A stretch of 63,868 nucleotides of DNA, filler included, from Perkinsus chesapeaki ATCC PRA-425 (Eukaryota; Protista; Perkinsozoa): assembly GCA_013115145.1 (NCBI GenBank). It is 6 parts of 6 records of this genome, joined end to end, with 100 filler letters (N's around TTAATTAATTAA, not from the genome) between each part and the next. Parts side by side here need not be neighbours in the genome. Positions count along the whole stretch, not along the records: positions 15,581 to 46,753 come from JAAPAO010000424.1; 5 more parts are not named here. One strand, 5' to 3'. Below are positions 36,735-46,853 of this stretch, in pieces. Each line of letters begins with the position of its first letter. Position 1 is the first letter of the stretch. The notes beneath the pieces are model-generated. The model was not told the DNA's origin and did not search any database. It was given only the letters and a program-made list of their open reading frames with translations. The position numbers and the translations under genes were made by a program.

Positions 36735-38207
36735 TCAAGAGCTACCGCGGACCTCTTGAATGTCGCGATAGTCCAAACGCCCATCGCAGTTGGCGTCCAT
36801 CATATCGAATGTAGCTCCTGGTATACACACTCCGCAGCATGGTCCCTGCTTTCCCACCGCAACCTTACCACAGTATTTGAGGTCCTTCTCGTCTATTCTC
36901 TGAAGCTGCAGCAACATCCATATTAAAAACTCATTCCTCGTTATGAACCTGTGATACACGTAATGCATCTCTACCGCGGCTGCCAACCTCCGTACCTCGA
37001 GCTCTGGCACAAGCCTAGCCTTTTAAGCTCCTTGAATGCCTTCGAAAGCTGATCGAATGCTTTCGGGTCAAGCTCATTGCCAAACTGATGCAGCACCTAC
37101 CCACACCGCAAGCTATCCCATTGCACCCGTAATATCCTCTCTTACCCTTCGCTCAGCCTTTGCACGCTGTTTAATTAGTGGTATGCTAGCCAGACTCGAC
37201 ATAGTACTAGCTCCCACAGCCACTCCAATAGGAATGAAGAAAATAGTGAAAACCTTAGACGCGCTTGACGTAAGCTGGAGGTTGCCATACCCAACAGTGG
37301 TAACGGTCTGCACGCACCAATACAGTGCCTTAGGGCCACCCCAACCTTCCAGAAATCCGATAACTCCAGCGCCGACGCATAGAGTCTGCAGGAGCGAGCT
37401 TGCATAGAGAAGAACTAGAGCGTCGCTTACCACAGCAAGCCTGGCCAGCGATCGGAGTACATGCTTCCGGAGGACTCTATTCTGCAGTAGGGACTGTTCA
37501 CTCCGTTTCAAGTGCGACTGCTGGACTGCCTTCGCCATCTCCGTCTCAGTTGTCTGCACCCATTTATTCAACACCTACATTCGACACTACCCCCTGCCCA
37601 TCGTTTATTCCGCACCAGTCCCGCTGAATAGGCTGCAATGCCAACGCCAAGGATTAGGTAGCAGCATGCGAAGATAGAGCTTGTGGTGTCAAGAGGGAAA
37701 CTCATATCACCGTATCCGACAGTGGAGCCCGTGACTATAAGGAAGTACCTAATGGACAGAGGTATAGCCCTCCAGCCTTCAGGCTGTTCAGTCGGATATA
37801 CGCCACCACTTAATCTCTAAGTCCCGGGTACTGAATGTTCGAGACACTATAGATGGAATGTAATTGACTGTGCCTTCCGAACGAGAACGAGGTGGGTGAC
37901 CACCATCCCGCTACTAGGTACCACCCCAAATGCCCGAGTACTACGTTGAATCCACTAAACTCCAGCCTGCCCAACAAAGGCAGTAAAGTAGGCCCGCACC
38001 CGTATAGAAGGATATGCATATAATAGAGTGCTTCCACTCCTCCCAAGGCGTCTCCTCATCCTTTAATGACCGCAACGAAGAGTTCCTCTCTTCTGTTGTT
38101 GGGTGTTGTGGTATATAATTACTAGATTCCAGACCACCGCCAGGGGAGGCAGCCGAGGATCCATCGAGTGCCACGTAGGGCGATTCTGTTACAAGCGGGC
38201 AAATCAT
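36735..38207 (-). CDS. Two-pore-domain K+ channel with C-terminal EF-hand (plant TPK/KCO-like), multi-exon
   Basis: Pore 1 YFLIVTGSTVGYGD (~37705-37748), pore 2 YWCVQTVTTVGYGN, C-terminal FITRNEFLIWMLLQLQRIDEKD and EF-loop DANCDGRLDYRD. Confidence 0.9.
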
Positions 38208-38375
38208 GCAAAAAACAATCAAACACTTGATGGTAGGAAATCATGACACTCGCCCCAAGAATTAACAACTAAATACACTTTCATTCACGGATCGAAGCGT
38301 TCTCATGATGAACACCTCTCTGCAATGAATTCAGATGAAAAGCAACTTCCCAAGCGACAGCGGTGGCGACATAAA

Positions 38376-40091
38376 CTATCCAGCCACCAGCTTCATAAAC
38401 CTATTCTTCTTCTTTGTCGGGGTCGGCTCTACTTTAACAGACGATTCTGGAGGGCTCCCCGCAGAGTTAGCCTCGCTCATTCGTATCGTTTCCTCCTCCA
38501 TTATAGCATCAGGATCATATTCCTCACCGTCACCTTCATGCGACAGGTCTTTCACTGTTGTCGGTGTCACCATATCCACAGCCGGAGTTCCCGATTGGCA
38601 CGCCGTCGGTGTCTTCTGTTTCACCTCAACGCTCGGGTGACTAATTACCTGTCACAGCAAACCAAGTTACACAACGCAGCGTCTCTCAAGCTCTTTAATT
38701 GCCTGATGCCCTTCTCACCGTGTTAACGCTAGCAGCTGGAATATGACTGAGCTGTTGTTCACACACTGCTGGCTGGTACAGGTCATCAGCGTTCCTGAAA
38801 ACACCGCCAATGCCAGTGTAGGAACCGACACACTTACACTTCGTCAAAAGGGTTGGCAGAGGGACAAGGGAAGGGATTCGCGCCTAGCAAGACACCTGAG
38901 GTGAGCGAGGCCCGTACAAGCTCCACCTTCCTCGATGCTTCCGGCATCGTAGATCCTCTTGGCTCTGCTATGGATAGTCGCCAGTGGCAGCGTACACTCC
39001 TGCATCTCCTTCATCATCGACGCCAAATACGAAGATAACTGATAGCCAAACCTCGAATCTAGCGGCTGCGTTGAGAGTCGGAGCTCACTAGCCCGAGCAA
39101 TATAATAAATTCTTTCTCTCTTTCTGCATTCACACCACAGAGCTTGTTTCTAGCCTGCCTATCCATCTCCTCAAAGGAATGGGTTGCTACGCTGTGCTTT
39201 AGGTTATTCTGAAGAGTATTCTCTATCCAACGTTTCCACGTTAGAGCTTACTCTGTCAACTTTTTCAGCTGCGGTCTTATTAGACTTCTTCATCTTGGCA
39301 ACTTTAACATCATAATGCTCCATCAGGCTATGCGCTCGGTCACGATCCCTAAACACCCAGACCGCCGTCAACTATTTTATTTGTTGCTTGGTAGTATAAG
39401 CATCCAGATCTATCGTCATAATATACAGCGGTAAATATACATATGAATGCATATTGCAAGACTCCATTCTATGGCCACACAAGAGCCACTCGCAACTGGA
39501 CCAATAACTGCTCTTTGTGTTCCTCACTGTAGCATAACACTTATATCAGATCCCTGTTTCATGAGCTGTCTCGACGCAAACTTCATTCCTTCCAGGCTAT
39601 TCCCTCGAGCGCGTATTGCGACCTTAAGGTGGTCTAGGGCCTCGCTTATCGTACACCGTAGCGGAGCGTACTAAAAACAAACTCTTAGTCGCAACACTTC
39701 TAGAGGTGAACTCGTACCACATTGTCATCGGGGAAGAATGTTTTGCTAGACTCCACAAGGTCATTGTTAACACTCGCCAAGTCCTCCATGATCTTAGACA
39801 GATTCTCAACAGTGGCATTAAAGATCTACAACAAACCACCACTCCCTCAACTGCAACATGAACATCTCTCGGGTGTGCCATTTCCCGAAGATGACCTCCC
39901 GAAGATACCTTGCACCGTTCGAAGAAGTCAGATGCTAAAACCCGCTCATTCTCAAGAGGATCCCCTCGCATTCGTCGCACGCCTCTCATCTGAGAACATC
40001 AGCTCAAACCTCAAACCAACAAACACAACGATCATCTCATCACCTTCTCCTTGAGTCGACGCAGAGTTTTGGTACTCTCGAAAAAGGGCAT
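38376..40091 (-). CDS. BAR-domain protein, paralog B1, multi-exon
   Basis: Spliced: MPFFESTKTLRRLKEK|MRGVRRMRGDPLENERV..FFERCK|IFNATVENLSKIMEDL..|..DRDRAHSLMEHYDVKVAKMKK. It aligns with paralog A (DRDRAYADLDHYNHKIEDLK). This is a helical amphiphysin-like N-BAR pattern with an acidic C-terminal tail. Confidence 0.7.
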
Positions 40092-40284
40092 TGTCGGCAG
40101 GCAATAATGCACAACTACACCCAGTTTAACACCATTCCCAGTAAGGTATAGTCAGTACTCAACCACATGACTGCAACTACCAGTAGCCTACTAGCAACCA
40201 ACACACAATCCCCTCCCCCAAGTAACACCCAACGCAAACTTGTGGCAAGTAACATTTCATGGAAGATTATCGAATGAAGCTACC

Positions 40285-41954
40285 TTAACGGATAATAAGG
40301 ATGATGACGATAGGTAACCGCTGATCATAGACTGGCTGGCTTTCAAGTACTTCTTGTACCTACAAGAGGGGGTGAATAGCCCAGAGGTGTACAAGGCTTA
40401 CTTGCCGATTGTATATTACAGGATAGCAGTTACCTATCTGAGGAGACCTATTATACCTTTCATGCTGGCTGAAATAACAAAAGGTTGAAGACACGGAAAG
40501 AGCTAGTGATTTCGACCATAAGGAACGTTAAATCGCCGTATAGTATACGGCGTATACGTGATCAAGCGATAAGAAACGGCCGGAAGATATGTGCCGTCAT
40601 AACGGATCGCGGCGTTTCACAACTACTTGGCGCGCGCCATCAAAGTAGCTTTCATAGGCCGCGATTTTGCGGAGCGAGCTGCTACTGTATCATTGACACT
40701 GAAGGCGTGCCCAATCGTATGCCCCCTACTTTAATTAGCTATTGTTGCACGGTGGTGAGGACAGGTTATACCATAATGAACGGTGCTGTAGACGCACCAC
40801 TCTTCTGGTCGCTCACAGTGACATCATAACTGCACTCAACCAGTACAACTTGCCCTAGAATGCCCACCCGCCAAAGGCATACTTACGGTGCAATCCCCGA
40901 CACTTGATTTACGAGGGATCCCCCCGAATTCTGGCTGTGGAAGGGGAAGGGGTCCTCGTCTCGCTCCGCCTGCTGCCTCACCATTATGGGCACTTGATCA
41001 GTGAAAACCGATATTCCTTGCATGCCAGCTGAGGCCGTCACTCCAAGGTACCGAGAATACTAACACACAACAGCAAGTAAAGCATGTGTTCTTTCACACA
41101 ACGTAAACTCACCTCTGCAATTATCTTTGCAAAATCAGCCTCCTTACCTTCCAGCAGTTGCGACATCTCCGCTCGGACTTGATTGTCCAACTTAATGAAC
41201 GACTCTTGAGCCATGCGGTGCTTCTCAACATTCTGATCATCAAACTCCTGTCACATCCTGCTGGTCACTGCCTTACCCTTGAAAGCCTATCCTCGGCTTT
41301 TGGATCCTTCTTAGACCGCTTCGTGGCATCTGCCTTCAAATCCTCTATTTTGTGGTTGTAGTGATCGAGATCGGCATAAGCTCTATCGCGGTCCTTCAAC
41401 TTCTGCTGTAAATCAGTATTCCTTTGAGAAAGCTTCTGTGCCTCTCCAACGGCAACTTGGAGCTGCGGTCGAGATGCCTGGGTTGATTGGTGACAGCGGC
41501 TGAGTTGATCCGCGAAGATGGATATGGCCGGGGCGTACTGAAATGCACAAGCAGCCGTAGGTAAGACACAACCAGACCACAACTGCCTTACGCCACTGTC
41601 AGTAGTAGAGCTCGGAGTGCTCGATTCATCGTCTTTAGATGGAGCTATGATATTCCTCGATTGCTTGATAATTTCAGTCTGGGTGGTGGCTACTTGGTCC
41701 GTTAAATTTAACAATTTCACCAGCTGCTGGTGGAACGCCTGGTCAGAGAATCCACACTGGCCCTGACGCCGGCCTAGTTCAGCTACTTGTGCCTTCGCGG
41801 CGTGATCTAATAGAGCCGCCCTTTGCTTTTCAAGAGGGTCTGACGATATAGCTTTCACGCCTATGACCTGGCCGAACACTAACAGTCATACGGGAAGTTT
41901 AACAACTACCTTGTCGGTTAGATTCCGCCAAGTCTTGCTTGCGAATACTACCAT
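40285..41954 (-). CDS. BAR-domain protein, paralog A1, multi-exon; 3' end tentative
   Basis: MVVFASKTWRNLTDK|VIGVKAISSDPLEKQR.., LQQKLKDRDRAYADLDHYNHKIEDLKADATKRSKKDPKAEDRLSR and NVEKHRMAQESFIKLDNQVRAEM resemble amphiphysin/Rvs161 BAR helices 2-3. Confidence 0.75.
40721..41860. repeat. Near-identical segmental duplication, copy 1 (copy 2 at 45612-46753)
   Basis: Direct repeat of about 1.14 kb at an offset of about 4.89 kb, with only scattered substitutions and one small intronic indel. Confidence 0.97.
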
Positions 41955-42170
41955 TAGCTACCAATGGACAGTAATAATATACTACACGAGAGCAACAACG
42001 ATACCCTCACCTTACAATAACAAAAGAGCACATGTTTATATAGAAACTGGGATGAATATCAAAGGAAGTCCAGTACGAGTTCCCGAAGAGGAACGACAAA
42101 GAATACATACTGCACTGTGGCTAGTAGAATAATTAAGAAGGGGGCGGCAGGTGGGGATAAGCTGCTGCAT

Positions 42171-43008
42171 TGCCCTCATTGGGCCTCTTCCATAAGCAAC
42201 TTACTCGTGAGGAACTTACGAGTAAGAACTTAAGAACTTATATAAAATCGTTTCACTTACCAGATAAGGGGGGGGTAAGTTTACTTAAGTTTTGAACCCT
42301 CGCCCTTAAGGTAAGGAACCCTATCCTTATCGGATAAGATCTTAAGAAATACGAGTAAGTTAGTGAACTTATTTCACGTACCTTAGATCTTAACCACTTA
42401 CTTAACTTACCGGTAGACCACCCCTGCTCTGACCTTACGTGTTGAAAATGTATTCCCCTACTTACTTCGCACCGCTAATCTTCATACCCGCTTCGAAAAA
42501 TCCTCGCGGGTGCGGATCCACATGGAGCAATTTTACTATATGCTTTTGCACTTGCGCGTTTCGCAATCGATTCCCGATCACTTCTACAATTGCGCACGCG
42601 ATTAACAAATTTTGCGACAGCAGAGGGAAAGCTATGCCGCCGGCAGGCTGCACGTCGCGAGCAGCGTCTTCCAGCAACTTGATGCATTAAAGGACGTCGT
42701 GTCCGTCATCCGTGCGGTTCTCCTCAGTGATGAAGGGGGTCAACGGTTTATAACATAGGCCACGCGCGCGCGTCGCGCGTGAAATGTGTCAAGGGTTCCG
42801 CAGTACTGCCACCACGCGTTGCAACATGCGGAAGTTTTTAAGATTTGTGGTGAGGCCTCACCGCTGCCAAATCTTAAGGTGAGGTCCCTTAGGGTCAAGT
42901 CTGAGTTTTACGTGAAACGGCTTCACCGGTAAGTTAAGTAAGTGGGATAAGAGTCCTTACCCTAAGAATCTCCTAACTTGAGTTTGTTGTGAAAGAGGCC
43001 CATTGGCA
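42171..43008. mobile_element. Fold-back / MITE-like non-autonomous element with nested inverted repeats
   Basis: Imperfect outer IR (GCCCTCATTGGGCCTCTTCCATAAGCAAC vs 42983-43008) and a perfect 21-bp inner IR (42394-42414 / 42925-42945). Palindrome-rich subterminal regions. No TSD identified. Confidence 0.55.
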
Positions 43009-43039
43009 TTCCTTTTGGGAGCATAGCATATTTGCGCCT

Positions 43040-44238
43040 AGCAAAAACAGTTAGAGGTGAGCGAGGCCTTATAAAATCCACCTTCGTCGATGCTTCCCGC
43101 ATCGTGGATTCTCTCAGCGCCACTCTAGATAGTCGCCAGTGGCAGCGTACACTCTTGCATCTCCTTCATCATCGACGCCAGATACGAGGGTAACTGATAG
43201 CCAAACCTATCATTGGTTCCCAATGTATTTTGAAACCTCGAGTGGAGTGGCTGCGCTGAGAGTCGGAGTTCACAAGCCCGACTCGGCTGCCCGAGCATTG
43301 CTCGGCGAGCAATATAGTAAACTCTTTGTTCCATTCAGCATTAACACCACAGAGATTGCTCTACTGAAACAGTTTCAGAAACAATGCTTTTAGCTTGCAA
43401 TGCAAGCCTTGCATTTGCATCACTTCGCATTTGCTGGAAGGAGCGCCCTCTCACAACGCAACCACGAATCGGGGTCCCCGATGGCACCGTGCCAATGCTT
43501 TACAACTCCTTGACGTGAAATTGTTACCCAGCGAAACACATACGAAATCTCTAGGGGCCGCCTTTACTGTGTCCAGAGCTTGAACTCCAAGTCGAACAAT
43601 TCAACACCTTCAGCGCCGCTGGCGCCGAACCCTGGCTGTTCGGGCAAAACGATGAGTTATCGTGGATAGCGAACCCGGCGCGGTCGCAAGACCATAAAAA
43701 AAGGCCACGCAGATCCTCGTATCGGGTAGGCTACGATGAATTTGTTTTACGCACTCAGCCACCGGTCAACCAATAATGAACCGGTGGCCGTATACGGAAT
43801 CGCGAGAGAGCTACGAAAGACAATATACTAGCTTGAGCCACACTACAGTGAATGTACCCGTGCCCGTGCAGGGAGTCTGGTGAAAATCGTGCCTTGAGCC
43901 GTAATGTTCAGGACGGGAGGTGGTCAGAGGCCAACCTCAACCGACCCAGGGGTGATGGGCCAGCACCTTCTGCAAATTGCGTGTATTATCAGTAGTGACA
44001 AAACTGTGGTGTAAAATATGGCGCCCAGAAAAGAATCTAACAGACTCAAATACTAACAAATTGCATGTAGCAATGACTAATTTTGAATCAGCGATGCCTC
44101 TACCAGAAGTCAGTAATCTTCTGTTGACTCGATAATTTTGGACTCTCAGTCGCCACTCCGTGCTACCAGAGAACAAATACAACGATAAACACATCACCTT
44201 CTTAAATCGACGTACGGTTTTGCTGCTCTCGACGGCAT
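43040..44238 (-). pseudogene. BAR paralog B2 remnants
   Basis: 43040-43360 matches 38870-39160 but has a premature TAG (LPLATI*). The first exon at 44190-44238 matches B1 exon 1 with a frameshift after ATG. The middle exons are not recognisable. Confidence 0.75.
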
Positions 44239-44627
44239 AGTAGTTGGGCAATAAATCACAACTGCTGCAGTTGAACTGCGCCTTGTCCAACAACACTCAC
44301 ACACTAAACCTCACACCCGATACTCCACCACATGACACCTACTCAGCACACGCCTGCTACTTGAAGCCAACACACAATCTCCCAAGAATTAACCAACACA
44401 AGCTTGTGAAATGTAGCAGTCTACGGATGATTACCGGATAAGGACGGAATAATACTACCTTAACGGATAATAGGGATTGTAATGACGATGCACCTCTCCT
44501 GAGGTTTGCATAAAGGAGGCCATAAACAACAAGATGAACGAGTCAGGCATGGAGGAAATGGTAATAGTATGCTCCACCACACAACTGAGTTTCACTAACA
44601 GTATTAACACAGTAATACACATAAGTT

Positions 44628-46753
44628 CTAAAACGCAGGAGGAGCAGATGGCTGTTGTTGCGAAGGTCTGCGTGGAAGACTGCTGCCATACAAGTACTGC
44701 TGCTCAGGAGATGCCGACTGCGGCCCGACTGGTGCCGGAGATGCATAGGGCTGTTGTGGACTGTAGCTCGACCCTGGCCTAGCGTCGCCAAATGATGGGT
44801 AACCGTTGATATTAGACTGGCTAGTATTCAAGGGTACCTACAAGAAAGGATTAATAACCCCCCCAGTGTTACGAAAACTCACTTGCTGATTGGATATTAC
44901 AGGATAGCGATTATCTATCTGAGGGGACGTATTATACCGTTGATATTCACTGAAATAAGAACAAATTGTTGTCACCAATCAAGGTAGCATATCATGGCAA
45001 GCATATTCGATCACGGGAAGAACTGCTTGCTTCAATCATCGGATTACGAGACCAAGCGGCGGCGAGAAACGGTGGCGATATACGGTATTTGATGTCATGA
45101 CGGATCGCGGTGTTCGTAAATACTAGGTGCGCACCACTAAGATATCTTTCATAGCGCGAGATTCTGCAAGCTCTGCGACGAACTTGAGCGAGCCAGCGGC
45201 AGCAACACGCAACTGCGGCGCGTTGGGGAGTGCCGCAGCCGGCTGGGGGCCTCGTTAACTGGTTACGGCCCCGGAGACGAAAAGTTGGAAGCAGTTCACG
45301 TATCAGCTGTTTTCTCTGGTGTTGGAGAGGGCATTCACTTCTTTACACTGATTGCGTAGTCAGCTGATATGGCCCGCCGTTTGGGACGGCGAACACACCG
45401 CAGAGGCACCACCTTCAATAAGGGACAATATACAGTATTGGGAGGCGTGCGGATGAGCAACACCCGATACCTTCCCAACCCTAGACAGTCGCTGGGGTCA
45501 CAAGAGGAGAGAGCTACTACTGTTTCATAGATAACACTGAAGGCGTGCACAATCCACATTAATTATCCCGACCGAGAGGGCTCCCTCGGCGAGCAGTGGC
45601 CAAGTGCTGACGCCCCCTACTTTAATTAGCTATTGTTGCACGGTGGTGAGGATAGGTTAAACCATAATGAACGGTGCTGTAGACGCACCACTCTTCTGGT
45701 CGCTCACAGTGACATCATAACTGCACTCAACCAGTACAACTCGCCCTAGAATGCCCACCCGCCAAAGGCATGCTTACGGTGCAATCCCCGATACTTGATT
45801 CACGAGGGATCCCCCCGAATTCTGGCTGTGGAAGGGGAAGGGGTCCTCGTCTCGCTCCGCCTGCTGCCTCACCATTATGGGCACTTGATCAGTGAAAACC
45901 GATATTCCTTGCATGCCAGCTGAGGCCGTCACTCCAAGGTACCGAGAATACTAACACACAACAGCAAGTAAAGCATGTGTTCTTTCACACAACGTAAACT
46001 CACCTCTGCAATTATCTTTGCAAAATCAGCCTCCTTACCTTCCAGCAGTTGCGACATCTCCGCTCGTACTTGATTGTCCAACTTAATGAACGACTCTTGA
46101 GCCATGCGGTGCTTCTCAACATTCTGATCATCAAACTCCTGTCACATCCTGCTGGTCACTGCCTTACCCTTGAAAGCCTATCCTCGGCTTTTGGATCTTT
46201 CTTAGACCGCTTCGTGGCATCCGCCTTCAAATCCTCTATTTTGTGGTTGTAGTGATCGAGATCGGCATAAGCTCTATCGCGGTCCTTCAACTTCTGCTGT
46301 AAATCAGTATTCCTTTGAGAAAGCTTCTGTGCCTCTCCAACGGCAACTTGAAGCTGCGGTCGAGATGCCTGGGCTGATTGGTGACAGCGGCTGAGTTGAT
46401 CCGCGAAGATGGATATGGCCGGGGCGTACTGAAATGCACAAGCAGCCGTAGGTAAGACACAACCAGACCACAACTGCCTTACGCCACTGTCAGTAGTAGA
46501 GCTCGGAGTGCTCGATTCATCGTCTTTAGATGGAGCTATGATATTCCTCGATTGCTTGATAATTTCAGTCTGCGTGGTGGCTACTTGATCCGTTAAATTT
46601 AACAATTTCACCAGCTGCTGGTGGAACGCCTGACCACAGAGAATCCACACTGGCCCTGACGCCGGCCTAGTTCAGCTACCTGTGCCTTCGCGGCGTGATC
46701 TAATAGAGCCGCCCTTTGCTTTTCAAGAGGGTCTGACGATATAGCTTTCACGC
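44628..46753 (-). CDS. BAR-domain protein, paralog A2, 5' end lost in gap, with a Pro/Gln/Ser-rich C-terminal exon
   Basis: BAR core nearly identical to A1. Terminal exons EYQRYNTSPQIDNRYPVISNQQ|VPLNTSQSNING...QQPSAPPAF* with canonical splice sites. Confidence 0.75.
45612..46753. repeat. Near-identical segmental duplication, copy 2
   Basis: Matches 40721-41860 up to the assembly gap. Confidence 0.97.
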
Positions 46754-46853
46754 NNNNNNNNNNNNNNNNNNNNNNNNNNNNNNNNNNNNNNNNNNNNTTA
46801 ATTAATTAANNNNNNNNNNNNNNNNNNNNNNNNNNNNNNNNNNNNNNNNNNNN

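Noticed and set aside
41205-43845. TGGCTCAAG matches to the 3' end of the Perkinsus/dinoflagellate spliced leader (about 41206, 43830, 46097)
   Set aside because: Only 9-nt matches, two of them inside BAR coding sequence. No full 21-22-nt SL or SL-RNA gene context was seen.
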